Notes: generated from the letters alone by a model not told the origin. A stretch of DNA of 64,000 bases from Eledone cirrhosa (GCA_964016885.1 OZ024763.1:26536001-26600000), one strand, 5' to 3'. Positions 30,786 to 45,912 are shown, counted from the stretch's first letter. Made by a program: numbers and translations.

Positions 30786-30817
<32 letters not shown>

Positions 30818-31664
30818 AATATATTAACAAATTCCCACCAAAATTCAAAATAAATGAACCCCACACAGAATATAAACATGAATATTGTATATTTATATGT
30901 GTTTGCATGTGATATTTGTTTAGTATATATATATACACATGTATAAACACAACGGTTAGTATATCTATTGTAACTTTGAATTATATATCATGTGTGTATA
31001 TAATATATATATACGTGTATATATGTATACATATGTATATATATGTATATATATATATACACACATATGTATGTATATACACACGTGTGTATTGAATCGG
31101 GGGTGTCATTGTCACTGACATCATTGGGTAAGGCATGAACATCACAACCCTATCGCCTTACTTTAAATAAGGTAGCTTTTATATACACGGAAGGGAAAAA
31201 AACCCATTACATACTATAAATATATATACTATTTCACTGGGGGGGGGGGGGGGATATATATATATATATATGTACTATATACACTACCCCTAGATATGTT
31301 TATGTGTGTATATATATATATATTATATATATATACACCACCATAGGGCTGAGTATGTGGTCTAGGGTGTGTGTACATACATATATATATACTCACAAAC
31401 ACATAGGGGTGTTGTATACGATAGATAAATATATATATATATATATATACATAGATATAAACATACAAACAAATCTGAAGGTGGTGTTCATATATATACT
31501 ATATATGAAGATAAATAAATGAATATATACACACAAACACATTTAGGGGTGGTGTATATAGCATATAAATATATATATGATGGATAAATAAAGGAATATA
31601 CACATACACACAAACATATTTAGGGGTGGTGTACATATATGATTGAATGATGTGGTCTAGGGTG

Positions 31665-31700
<36 letters not shown>

Positions 31701-32402
31701 CATATACACATAAATATATATACATGTGTATATATGGTTGTCAGGGATGTATATTTCAAGCCATTACAAAAAAGAAGCGGCAATATATTGTAAAGGAAAT
31801 AAAATATAATATAATGTAGAGTTTAAGTTTAAAAGAAGACATGTTTGTGTTTGAAACTTATAACAACATCCATAACAAACAATAATGATGATGATATTAT
31901 TTATTGATATCATAACTAACAACTGACTTATACGGGTATATATATATATATACATATATACATATGACGAACATGTGTCTGTATGTATATATATATACAT
32001 ATGTGTGTGTGTATATATGTATATATATTTATGCAGGTTTGTATAGTTTTATACAAACACATATGTACATATATATATATATATTTGTCGAATATGTGTA
32101 TAGATATATAGATATACGGGTTTATACACGCATATTAAAAGCATATTGTGAGCAATAGTCAAGATAAAGATATATAGGATTGTATTATACATATATATTA
32201 TATACATATGTATATATGAGGAAGATCAAGCAATCTAGAAAGATAGTACATGTATGTATATGTATGCACAAACGTATATATATAGGTATACATGTACATG
32301 CATACATATGTGTGTGTATATATATATATATATACACTGTCTCAATATATAATACATATTGATATATAATAGACATAGATAGATATATAGACGTAAATAT
32401 AG

Positions 32403-32433
<31 letters not shown>

Positions 32434-32559
32434 TATATAGAGACATAGATATATAACAGACATAGATGTATATATATAATAGACACAGATATATAACAGA
32501 CATATATTTATATATATATATGAGATTTATGGTGTTGTTTTAAAAGGTAAAATACTTAC

Positions 32560-32642
32560 GCCTTGAAATGTTCTGTGATTTTCTCCTTGGTAAGTTTCTC
32601 GGGTATGTTCCCAACAAGGAGATACCTCGTTTGCCGAACCAT
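32560..32642 (-). CDS. SPEN: First coding exon of SPEN (split ends / Msx2-interacting protein / SHARP)-like gene, start of RRM1
   Basis: Minus strand ATG at 32642 reads MVRQTRYLLVGNIPEKLTKEKITEHFK+GC, then GTAAGT donor (32559-32554). Matches the SPEN N-terminus as I recall it (MVRETRHLWVGNLPENVREEKIIEHFKR); 83 coding nt, phase-2 intron. No exon 2 found in the window. Confidence 0.88.
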
Positions 32643-32714
32643 ATCTTCCGCTAACTTCACTACATGATGCTTACATTGCCATATAATAATAATAAATGTT
32701 ATTTTAGAAATAAA

Positions 32715-33371
32715 TGTCGACTATGACGACGATAATAGCGACGATAATGACGACGACCACGAAACGATACACGATGACTATGAGAACTATTGCTTATAAA
32801 CTATAAATGACGAGAAATGACTATGGTTATGGTGATAGTTATGGTTGTAATGATGATGATGACTATGGCGATGATGATGATGATGATTGATTAATGGTAG
32901 TAATAGTAATAGTATTGATGATGGTGGTAACGGTGATGATGAAGGTGTTGGTGGTAATAATAGTAATAGTAATGATGATGATGATGGCGGCGGTGATGAA
33001 AGTGGTGGTGGTGTTGGTGGTGGTAATAATAACAGCAATAGTTAATAGTAATAGCAGTAGTAGTTGTTGTATTAATAGTAGCAGTTATAGTATTAATGGA
33101 TAGTAAATAATAGTAAAATAATAGTTGTTGTTGTAGTAGTAATTGTAGTAGAGGTTGTAGTAGTAGTGGTAGTAGATGTAAATAACAATAACAACAACAA
33201 TTTTGCTCACTAGCTGTAGTAGGTGCTCTACTAAGCTAGCTAAGCTAAGCTGGCTGGATGGAGGGAGGGCTGAATAGCGGCTTCCTTCGTTGGCGGGGTT
33301 TTTTTTTCTCTCGCGTATACATATACACACATGTGTATAGATACACACATATACAGATATATATACACACT

Positions 33372-33441
<70 letters not shown>

Positions 33442-34357
33442 TCTGTGTATGTATATATATATATATCTACAGACTTACGTACTCATATATAAATATATAT
33501 ACACACACACATATATATATATATACATATACACGTATACATAGGCTAGGCTAAGCTGGCTGGCTGGCTGACTGACTGACTGACTGGCTATCTGGTCTGA
33601 TGGGGGCGGTGGAGACGACGATGTACTTGTGAAAGTGGTGGTGGTGGTGGAGACGGCGGTAGTGTATTTGTGATGGTGGCGATGATGGTGTGATATTGTA
33701 CTTGAGGTGGTGGTGATGGAGACGACGGCGGTGTACTTGTTGTAGGGAGGTGATGGTGGCGGCGGTAGTGTACTTAATGTTGGCGGTGGTGGAAACAGTT
33801 GTGTACTTGTACTGATGGTGGTGCCGGTGAGAGTGGTCAAGGCAGCGGTTTTATTCGACGGTGGGGATGGAGACGGCGGCGTAATTGTCGTGGTGGTGGT
33901 AATGCTGGAGAGGGTGAATGTGGCGGCGTAATGGTGATGGAAGCGGGGAAGGCGGTGGTGTAATGAATATGGCGATGGCGACGAAGACGACGGCTTAATA
34001 GTGATGGCGGCGGCGGCGTAATAGCGATGGGGGTGGCGGCGGTATAATAGAAGTGGTGATGGTGTAATAGAGGTGATGGCGACGGCGTTTTTAATAAAGA
34101 TATTGGGGGGTGGGGGGTGGAGAGGTGATAGTATTGCTTAGTATGTAAGTTATTATAGTGGTAATGGTAGTAATAGTAGTAGTAGTAGTAGTGGTATTAG
34201 TATAGTGATTGTAATAGTACTGCTGCCAGCAGTTATATTAGTAATAGTAGTAATAGTATTATCAGTAATAGTAATGGTAGTAATAATAATAGAAGTGGTG
34301 GTATTAGTACTAGTAGTGGTAGTAGTACTAGTTGATATCTAGTACAAACAGCACTGA

Positions 34358-34397
<40 letters not shown>

Positions 34398-34430
34398 AGT
34401 GGCAATAGTTGATGATGGTCATGGTTTTAT
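32715..34430. repeat. Trinucleotide-rich low-complexity region upstream of SPEN exon 1 (GAT/GGT/GGC/TAG)
   Basis: Direct reading; probably 5'UTR or promoter-proximal sequence. A similar ACT/ACC block lies at 49500-50080. Confidence 0.8.
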
Positions 34431-34651
34431 TTTTGACTGACCAGCTTTCCATGTATTACTCTCTCTCTCTCTATTTATATATCTATCTATCTATCTATCT
34501 CTTTCTCTCTAATACACTTCCCTGACACACTTTCTCCCTCACTCTCACACAATCTCTCCCTCTCTGTCTCTCTTTCTTTATATTTATCTCTCTCTTTATT
34601 TTGCGCGCGTTCATGCTCACTCATCCTCTTTCAGTGTTTCCTATCTCTCTT

Positions 34652-34696
<45 letters not shown>

Positions 34697-35128
34697 GTTT
34701 CTCTCGTTCTCACACACCCTCTAATCTATCTGTCTATCCATCTATCTATCTATCTGTCCCCTTCTTTTGTGCCCCTGTGGCTAATAAAGAAATATATCTA
34801 TCTATCTATCTCTCTCTATATATATCTTAGCTCCTGAGTTCGCGTTCCTTCTGTTCTCACCCCTATCTATCTACCTCTTAATCTATTTATACACATATAT
34901 ATATATTATATGTGTGTGTGTGTATATATATATAAGTTTTAGTATAGATGAGATTCTACAGGACTAGAACTGTTTCATTCTTGAGAAATCATCTGCTATG
35001 TATTGAGTACCTTACTTACTGCGGTTACCTCCGATTCAACCGGAACAACTTACCTATATATATATATATATATTTTTTTTTTATATTTTATAGAAGGAGC
35101 TTCTACAGGACTAGTACTGTTTCATTCA

Positions 35129-35167
<39 letters not shown>

Positions 35168-35308
35168 TATATAGATATATAGATATATATATATATATAT
35201 ATATAGTGGATTAAATATAATACCAGTAATGTACTGAGGTCGATTTAAATGACTTTCCGCTTCCCCAAAGTTATTGGCCTTGTGCCTAAATCACAAACCA
35301 TTATTTGT

Positions 35309-35498
35309 CTGGTGGATTGGCAGTATCGATGGAGGGTCGGACGCCATGCTTTGGCGCATAGAGTTACGGTCCTTGCCATTCTGAGTTCAAATCCCGCCGA
35401 GGTTAACTTTGCCTTTCATCCTTAAGGGGTCGATAAAATAAAGTACTAGTAATGCACTGGGTAATTGCTGGCCTTGTGCCAAAAGTAGAAACAATTAT
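35309..35498 (+). mobile_element. tRNA-derived SINE, family 1 (subfamily with GAGTTACGGYCCTTGCCATTC)
   Basis: Same boxes, core and tail; preceded by a partial 3' copy at about 35215-35305. Confidence 0.85.
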
Positions 35499-35947
35499 TT
35501 GCCTATCTTTCTCACCACATGTATATATATGTGTGTGTGTATATATATGTGTGTGTGTATAAATATATATATATATATAAGAAGTTATATAGAAATGGCT
35601 TCTACAGGAATAGAACTGTTTCATTCGAATTCTATATTAAATTTCATGTTTACACTCTACTAATGTATTGAGTACCTTACTGTGGTTACCCCCAATTGAA
35701 CACATATATATTATATATATATATTATATATATATGTATATATTATATGTCTATCTCTATCTATCTATATAAACATTTATATTTGTCGGACTTCCAACAA
35801 ATTAAATACCCCTTCTACTTATCTATATATATATATATATATATATGTCTATCTCTCTTTGTATATATACATATTTATATATATATACATACTTATATAT
35901 ATATAATATATATATGTGGAACTTTTTTAACCATCTTTTAATTTCTT

Positions 35948-35986
<39 letters not shown>

Positions 35987-36067
35987 AAAGTTCTATTTAA
36001 AATTGTTGGGATACAACAAATAAATATTTTATAACTGATATAAAGCACTCGACAAGTTTTTGGAGTA

Positions 36068-36111
<44 letters not shown>

Positions 36112-36469
36112 CTCTCTCTCTCTCAATATATATATATATACTTGTACCTATCGCTCTGTACCCTCACTGACACAATAAGTCTACATTTACTACCCATCCA
36201 CCCGACACCAACACTTCTATTCTCACGTCCATAAAGCTGACGTACGCTTTCCTCCTACCCTCATTACAATGTCACTCTCTCGCGCTCACCCTACTTCTCC
36301 CCCACTTTGTCTATATATATAATTCTTTCTCCTCTATCGTCTCTCTCACACGCACTTCACCCTCTCTCTATAAGTCACTCTCTATCACCTTCGTCCGTGC
36401 TCTTTTCTTTGCAGGCTTAATGGATTTGGTCGCCTCTTGCCATTTCTTGCCAACATACACCATATATAC

Positions 36470-36480
36470 ACACACACACA

Positions 36481-36555
<75 letters not shown>

Positions 36556-36642
36556 CTACACAAACATATACATATACTTATATATATTATCTATTGTATA
36601 TATACAATAGCTGATTGACTAAGGCCATGCTGGGGTATTGTC

Positions 36643-36691
<49 letters not shown>

Positions 36692-36744
36692 AATATGTTA
36701 TGGAATACTGTTAGCTTCTCGCTACAACATTTTCTATACTTTTC

Positions 36745-36787
<43 letters not shown>

Positions 36788-36795
36788 ATATATAT

Positions 36796-36829
<34 letters not shown>

Positions 36830-36831
36830 AT

Positions 36832-36886
<55 letters not shown>

Positions 36887-36922
36887 ATATATATTATATA
36901 TATATATATATTATATATATAT

Positions 36923-36977
<55 letters not shown>

Positions 36978-36983
36978 ATATAT

Positions 36984-37057
<74 letters not shown>

Positions 37058-37129
37058 GCCAACGTGTTTATAGCATTGCGTATTATTTGTATGCATATAT
37101 GAACTAAATATATATATATGTATATATAA

Positions 37130-37185
<56 letters not shown>

Positions 37186-37535
37186 CTTTACAGTGAGTGT
37201 GTATATATGTATGTGTATACACACACACACTCACACACGCATATATATATATATATATATATGTTTGTGTGTGTACACATACATATATACACACTCACTG
37301 TAAAGTTCAATATTCCCTCTAAATTGCATGCTTTTCCTTTCTAGTGAAATAAATAGTCTACACGCTGCTTATGATTAGAAAATATATACAGACATATTTC
37401 ATTCAGGAAACAGTCCGTATGCAGTTTTACAACCACGCATCATCATACGACACACAGACACACTGTTGGTGCTGTAGCATGGCCTTGATGGTGATTGCTT
37501 CAGCAAAATAAAGCATTTGTTTTTGCACAAATATG

Positions 37536-37600
<65 letters not shown>

Positions 37601-37703
37601 CATATATGTATATAATATATATATATTATATACATATATGGTATATATATATATATACCATATATGTATATAATATATATATATATATACCATATATGTA
37701 TAT

Positions 37704-37738
<35 letters not shown>

Positions 37739-37790
37739 CCATATATGTATATCATATAATTACGTATATATATTATATATATATACGTAT
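36470..37790. repeat. Long (TA)n/(TAT)-interrupted microsatellite block
   Basis: Direct reading; part of a TA-saturated domain from about 24.3 to 58.5 kb. Confidence 0.95.
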
Positions 37791-37916
37791 ATATGTGTGT
37801 CTGTGTATTTGCGTGTACACAAACACACAGATAGCAACAACGATTTATCTATGTATATATACATGGTGTCCCCAAAAAATGTATACAAATATTTATTAGA
37901 TTGCTATTGGAAAATG

Positions 37917-37965
<49 letters not shown>

Positions 37966-38384
37966 CACACATATATATATATATATTTATTAAAATAAAT
38001 ATTTGCTCTACGGTTCTTATATATTTGATATATATATTTATCCTTATCGAGCCCTCTTTGTATTTTAGTCTTCAAATGTATTACTATATACACACACTAC
38101 CTCACGTATACACCAATACCACGAACAGCCGTCTGAAAAACAAAAAAACTACTCCGTTCAATATATTGAATAAGCAAGTGGAGGGAAAAAATATATTCCT
38201 AGTTAGCGAACAATTGCTTTATTGATGTACTTTATATATCTATCTATGTCTATTTATTAGCCTATTAGCCTGTCTATCTATCTATCTGTTGTCCCCTTTT
38301 CTTGTGCGCCCTTGTGGCTAATAAAGAAATATATCTGTTTGTCTATCTCATATATCTATCTATCCATTAGTATATTTCTTTTAG

Positions 38385-38482
<98 letters not shown>

Positions 38483-38598
38483 ACGGAGGAAATGTGGTAA
38501 GGAACCAGGTGGACCATAACGCACCAAAGTACTCAATACTTAGAGTAGTAGAGTGGGTAATAGGAACGAGTAGGACCCCATTTGGGGTCCTACTCGTT

Positions 38599-38643
<45 letters not shown>

Positions 38644-39401
38644 ATATATATATACACATACACACATATATATATATAACATCAAATTTAATTGTTTCTA
38701 TTTTTTGGCACAAGGCCAACAATTATTATGGTGTATTACTGGTACTTTATTTTATCCTCAAATTTAATGTAGGTATATTTGGTATATATATATATATACC
38801 AAATATACATTAAAGTTTATGTTTACACTCTACTAATGTATTGAGTACCTTACTATCAACCAATTTATTAGTAAATCTGTCTATCTATTAAATATATCTC
38901 TCTCTAGTTGACTATCAATAAATCTCTATCTAATAATCTATCTATATATCAATATGTTACTACATTTATGTCTATTCATTACTATATCTTTACGTACATA
39001 TTACTATAGTAAAACGAAATATATTCATTAGTCTATTTCAACTAGCCCCATTCATAGATCCGACTCACCGTCTCTCTATGCGTATGACATTATTACCCCC
39101 TCTCTCTTAGTCTATCTAATTTGTCTATTTCAAATTTACTCTCACATGTTGTAGAGACTTTCCCTTCGCCTCTTATAACTGTCCTGCTTGTATTTACATG
39201 CATATGTATATATGTATATGTAATGTAGGTATATGTTTGTATGTATATACGTATATATATACATACATATATGTTTGTATGAATATACGTATATATATAT
39301 ATACGTATATATATATATATACGTATATATATACATATATACGTATATATATACATATACGTATATACATATACATATACGTATATACATATATATATGT
39401 A

Positions 39402-39457
<56 letters not shown>

Positions 39458-39485
39458 CATATATATATATACATATATATATACG

Positions 39486-39689
39486 TAGGTCCCGGGTTGA
39501 GTCGGGGATAACCACAGTAAGTAAGGTACTCAATACATGGCAGAGTAAATTTTTTTTATTTTATAGAAGGAGCTTCTACAGGACTAGTACTGTTTCATTC
39601 AGATGAAATCTTCAGGAAGCGCTTCCTGAAGATTTCATCTGAATGAAACAGTACTAGTCCTGTAGAAGCTCCTTCTATAAAATAAAAAA

Positions 39690-39690
<1 letters not shown>
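39486..39690. mobile_element. Non-autonomous Penelope-like element, family A: perfect 140-bp palindrome plus tail, in (TA)n
   Basis: Arms 39551-39620 and 39621-39690 with no spacer; tail contains aaggtactcaatac. Related copies at about 34945-35130, 35588-35700, 48890-49000, 51566-51752 and 55790-55990. Confidence 0.7.
39621..39669 (+). ncRNA. Hammerhead ribozyme, family A (identical mirror copy on minus strand at 39572-39620)
   Basis: gcttc CTGAAGA tTTCatctGAAt GAA ACAG tactagtc CTGT A gaagc: stem I gcttc/gaagc, stem III ACAG/CTGT, GUA triplet. Confidence 0.8.
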
Positions 39691-39776
<86 letters not shown>

Positions 39777-39777
39777 C

Positions 39778-39864
<87 letters not shown>

Positions 39865-39865
39865 C

Positions 39866-39942
<77 letters not shown>

Positions 39943-39986
39943 AATTCAAAATATTAACAAAATAGATATTCTTGTGATCAAGTATA

Positions 39987-40056
39987 TTTTATTATACATA
40001 TTTCAGAGGGACTGAGTTAAGTTTAAAGTTTAACAGTACGTCCTCATCAGATAAAA
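39987..40056 (-). ncRNA. Hammerhead ribozyme motif, family B
   Basis: Minus strand: ttttat CTGATGA ggacgtactg...cagtccctct GAAA tatgtata ataaaa. Confidence 0.6.
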
Positions 40057-40294
40057 TAAGATGATGCATGACATACCCTGACATAGATGGTTAAGATTCA
40101 GTCATGGTAGTGAGTAAGATATGACAAAACTCAATATTTATATACCTTAATATTGAGAACATGAGAAAAATATATAATACATACAATAGATATGTTTATA
40201 TGTACATATAGACATACATAGGTATGTACATATATACATTAATTTATACATACGTTCGTGTATATATATATGCGTGTTCATATATAGATATGTG

Positions 40295-40332
<38 letters not shown>

Positions 40333-40457
40333 CAGACAGACAGATAGATGTGTTTATATATATACATACTTTTTCTAACATATATATACATGTATATATA
40401 CTTATATATATTTATTTATAGGAAAAGAATGAACTCATTACTTCTAATGTATTGAGT

Positions 40458-40742
40458 GCTCATTCAGTTAATGTTTGCTTTTATATCAGATCTCACATAA
40501 AACACTTTATATGTGAATATGGTAGGCTTCTGTATAGTTCCTGTCTACCACATTCCACTCATATATAACCAGGGACATTATTCTGTGGTTCAATAGAGAC
40601 GAACTCGCCATGCATGGCATACGGTTTGACCAATGGTTTGTGAGTGGAATGTGGTAGACAGGAACTATACAGAAGCCTACCATATTCACATATAAAGTGT
40701 TTTATGTGAGATCTGATATAAAAGCAAACATTAACTGAATGA

Positions 40743-40744
<2 letters not shown>
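40458..40744. repeat. Long inverted repeat (~104-bp arms, ~79-bp spacer) next to (TA)n
   Basis: gctcattcagttaatg...attccactca (40458-40561) is the reverse complement of 40641-40744; preceded by attgagtgc. Confidence 0.85.
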
Positions 40745-40816
<72 letters not shown>

Positions 40817-40920
40817 CGAAGGAAATGTGGTAAAGAACCAGGTGGACCATAACGCACCAAAGTACTCAATACTTAGGGTAGTAGAGTGGGTAATAGGAAC
40901 GAGTAGGACCTACTCGTTCC

Positions 40921-40974
<54 letters not shown>

Positions 40975-41105
40975 GTAGTTCCAGACTGGAACTAGTTGTC
41001 GAAAAGGCAAGAGCTCAGCAGTCAGGCCTGATATAGTCGCACTCTTCTATCCCAAGTAACGAGTACTCTGGAATAATGGTCTAACTAGTTTTGTATTGGT
41101 TTAAT

Positions 41106-41180
<75 letters not shown>

Positions 41181-41529
41181 CTTGGCATAAGCACGTGTAT
41201 TTAAAATAAGGCGGCGATTGCAAATTGAATTAGCTTTTCGTCGTATTTTGACGACAGAAAATAGTCTTAAAAAGGGGGCACACAGCCCATAAAACGGGTA
41301 AAAATGGGGATCAGCACGTGTAGTCAAAATACGACGAAATAATATTTATATTTAAGGGACACGTATCTCTATATATATATATATGTGTGTATGTATAAAC
41401 ATATATACATACTGTGTATATATATATAGAGAGAGAGAGGGAGATGTATTTTATATACATATATCATGTCCCTTATAAATATTATTTTACAATATTTTGA
41501 CTATGTTGTGTGTGTATATATATATATTA

Positions 41530-41564
<35 letters not shown>

Positions 41565-41743
41565 CAATGTATCTATCTATGAAAAGAGTCAGGAGCCCGA
41601 CGGCTGAGCTCCGCCGTCGGGGTCCTGACTCTTTTCATATCGCCCACTCAACTACCCTAAGTATCGAGTACTCTGGTGCGTTATGGTTCGCCTGGTATTT
41701 TACCACACCTTCTTTGTTATCTATCTTTGTTTAAATAAAGAAA

Positions 41744-41779
<36 letters not shown>

Positions 41780-42953
41780 AGCAGGTAAAACTCCAGTGTA
41801 AAAAGACTCACTATTTAGCTTTAATAAAATGTATATATATATATAAATATATCCACACAGCAAGCGATCTTTCTCGATGTATGAGTGTGTGTGTGTGTAA
41901 CTCGAACTGATCTGCTAAAGAGAGTAAGCAAATCTCCCTCAAACCACACAGACACTCCACTATCTATATAAAGAAATGGGGAAGAAAGAACACATTTGAT
42001 AATGTAGTCCTAGATACACAATATCAGAAGCAGAAAGATGGCAGGTCAACGTGTATATAATATCTATTTATCTCTAATGGTCTCTGCTATTCCAGATGTA
42101 GCTCTTTCGCTTAGACTTAGACTCTATCTGCTTCTCTTTCGATTATACTCTCTCTAGCTGCTTCCCTTTCGCTTATACTGCGTCTCTATCTTTATCTGCT
42201 TCTCTTTCGCATATACTCTCTCTAGCTGCTTCCCTTTCCCTTATACTCTGTCTCTATCTGCTTCCCTTTGTCTTATACTCTCTCTAGCTGCTTACCTTTC
42301 CTTTATACTCTATCCCTATCTGCTTTCCTTTGTCTTATACTCTCTCTAGCTGCTTCCCTTTGTCTTATACTCTGTCTCTATTGGCTTCTCGGCTTACACT
42401 CTCACTTATACTCTATCTCTCTCAGCTTCACTCTCTCTTATAACTCTGTCTTTATCTTCTACCCTCTTTCTCTCCCTTACAGCCTTTATCTCTTTCTCCC
42501 TCACTCTCTGATTCCTGTTTTAGCGTTCTATCAAATTCTCTTCCTCTTATACTCTTTATCTATCTAATTCTCTCTCTCTTTTAATTACCTTCTCTTTTAA
42601 ACATTTTACTCTATCTCTCTCTTAATTACCTCCCCTTTTATACACTTTACTCTCTCTTTCTGCCATACCTCCCCTTTTACACGTATGCTATCTCTTACTA
42701 TATCTCTTTCTCCCTTTAGATTACCTCCCCTTTTATACACTTTACTCTTTCTCTCTCTACCATACCTCCCCTTTTATACACTTACTATCTTTCTCTCTCT
42801 CTCTCTCTCTGCTTGCCATTCCTGTTGTGGCGTTCTCTCACATGTTCTATACTCTTTCTCCATTATCCCTCTACTTATTTCCCTCCTCTCTCTTACAGTC
42901 TAAGGCTTTCTGTAACTCACTCCCTTACTACATTTCCTTCTCTGCTTATCAAG

Positions 42954-42985
<32 letters not shown>

Positions 42986-44402
42986 CTCTCAGATATGTAT
43001 GTATATATACATACACACACAAACATACACTGACACATGTACACACACACATATGTATATATACACTCAGATTCACACGTAAACACATATCTGTATGTAT
43101 CATATATACATACACACACACACAGATTCACACACAAACACATAGACGGGCACATACATGAACACATACACACACACACTATTATCTGATTCCCCCTCCC
43201 TTCCATCTACCACCACCAGACACACTCATTCCCTTTCTCTCTTACCTCCTCCCTCCCTCTTCTTCTCCTATTTTACTCTTTACACTTTACTTTCCTCCTC
43301 TCCTCCTCCCCCTCCTTATCATAGTGTCGTGACGTCATAGGCTACGGCAGGAAAGGAAGGGAAGTGGAGATGCAGGGGACGACGGTGGCGTATATCTAAT
43401 TTTCAATGCCCGTCTCTTTCTCTCTGTCTCTATCTCTCTCTCTTTCTTTCTCTCTCCCCCTCCCTCCATTGACCTACTTCTGTAAAAGATAGAAAGACAG
43501 GAAAAGAGAGAGAGACAGACAGAGAAAAATTGTAGCGTGTACAGAGAGAGGGAGAGAGAGAGAGAGAGAGAAAAAGATGGTTGCGTTTACTGAGAAAGAG
43601 AGGAGAGCGACAGAGAGGCAGAAAGTTGGTAATATGTATTGGGAGAGAGAAAGAGAGACAGAAACAAAAAGATCGTGGTACGTACTGAAAGAGAGAGAGA
43701 GAGATCGTGGCGTGTACTGAGAGAAGGGAAGAAAGAGAGAGAGAAAGAGAAAGATACAGAGATAGGGTTGTATATGAGAGAGACAGAAAGATGAGGTGTG
43801 TAATGAGAAAGAGAGAGAGAGAGAAAGAGACAGAATGATGATGGCGTGCACAGAGAGAGCGAGGGAGACAGAAAGATCGTGGCATTTACTGAGAGAAGGA
43901 AAGAGAGAGAGAGAGAGAAAGAAAGAGTGAGAGCGAGAAAGATGATGGCGTGTAATGAGAACGAAGGAAAGAGAGAGAGAGAGAGAGATAATGGTAGCGA
44001 TTATAACGATGGTGGTGATGTTGATGATGATGATGTTGATGGCGGAGGAGGTTGTGGTGGTGGTGGAGGTCGTGGTGATGGCGAAGAAGGATAAAAAAAA
44101 TGTTCAAAGCAAGAAGCTTTCGAAACCCTCACCAACCCAAACCAACCCATACCATTACCATACCATACCAAACCACCCACCATTCATTCCATTCTATTCT
44201 ATACATAAAATACACAGCATACATATATATATACAGCACCCACAGTTAGCTGAACATTACACATTAAAACTATATTACAAACATATTTTTAAAAAGCTAG
44301 CTCACGCCATCTTAAAACGGAACGGAGGAACCGCTACTGTGTACCACCATAGTCAAGTCTTTCTTTCCCTGTTTGTCTCTATCTCTCTTTCTTTCTCTAG
44401 AC

Positions 44403-45560
44403 TAGACTCCACCTTGCTAGAAATAGCAACCACATCTTATTTATCTCAATCACAATTACAGAATTACCACACATTTGGATAATGTAGTCCTAGATAGACT
44501 TAGTAACTTAGGAAGACGAGATGATGGCGGTGGGAAAGACTCCACCTTGCTAGAAATAACAACCAAATGTTATTTATCTCAAAGAAGAAGACAACTACGC
44601 ACAATTACCACACGTTTGGATAATGTAGTCCTAGATATACTTGGACGAGTTGACCATAATTACCACTCTACCACGCATTGGGATAATGTAGTCTTAGATA
44701 GAGTTAGTAACTTAGTAAGACGAAATGATGGCGGTTAGAGCTTAAGACTCAACCCTGTTAGAAATAGTAGCCAAAAGTTATTTATCTCAGTAACAATTAC
44801 AGAATGACCACACATTTGGATAATGTAGTCCTAGATAGACTTAGGAAGGCGAGATGATCGCGATTAGAACGATACCACCATGCTAGAAATACCAGCTAAA
44901 TTACCACAATTACACAACCATACATTTAGATAATGTGGTCCGAGATAGACATAGACGAGATGATTGCGGTGAGAAAGACCCCACCTTGCTAGAAATAGCA
45001 GCCAAATGTTATTTATCTCGATCACAATTACCACACACATTTGCATAATGTAGTCCTAGATACATTTAGTAACTGAGACGAGATGATCACAATTACTACA
45101 CTACCACACATTTGGATAATGTAGTCCTAGATACACTTAGTAATTTAGTAAATTGAGATGATCACAGTTTGAACGAAAGACTCCACCTTGTTAGAAATAG
45201 CAGCCAAATGATATTTATCTCAATCACAGTTACCACAGACATTTGATCAATGGAGTCCGAGATATATTTAGTAACTTAGACGAGATGATCACAATTACTA
45301 CACTACCACACATTTGGATAATGTAGTCCTAGATATATTTAGTAACTTAGGATGACCATATGGTCGTGGTTACACTGTAAGATTCAACCTTGCTAGAAAT
45401 AGCAGCAAATGTTATTTATCTCAATCACAATTGCACACAATTACCACACACATTTGGATAATGTAGACCTAGATACACTTAGTAACTTAGACGAGATGAT
45501 CACAATTACCACTCCACTGCACATTTGGATAATGTAGTCCTAGATATACTTAGTAAGGCG
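44403..45560. repeat. Complex tandem array of a ~120-190-bp modular unit
   Basis: Modules gactccaccttgctagaaatagcagccaaatgttatttatctc and accacacatttggataatgtagtcctagata recur about 7 and 11 times; a solo relative lies at about 41900-42020. Confidence 0.85.
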
Positions 45561-45684
45561 AGATGGCTCTGACTCATGGCTCACCTATATTTCCCCTAAG
45601 TATTGTTATTGATAGTTTGATTCAACACACACACACACACATATATATATATAGTGTGTAACATATATGGTGTGCGCGTATAAT

Positions 45685-45722
<38 letters not shown>

Positions 45723-45858
45723 ATACATGTGTATGTATGTATATATAACTGGTCTCTACCTGTCTATGTGGTAGGGCAAATAACGATCGTAAAAACAAAG
45801 ATTTAGTCTTTTTTTCATTGTTCAACACAAAGATACATATATATATTATATTATAATA

Positions 45859-45905
<47 letters not shown>

Positions 45906-45912
45906 ACATATA

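Noticed and set aside
43330-43337. Perfect CRE palindrome TGACGTCA in a small CpG-containing patch
   Set aside because: A single 8-mer is expected by chance in 64 kb, and there is no TSS evidence.
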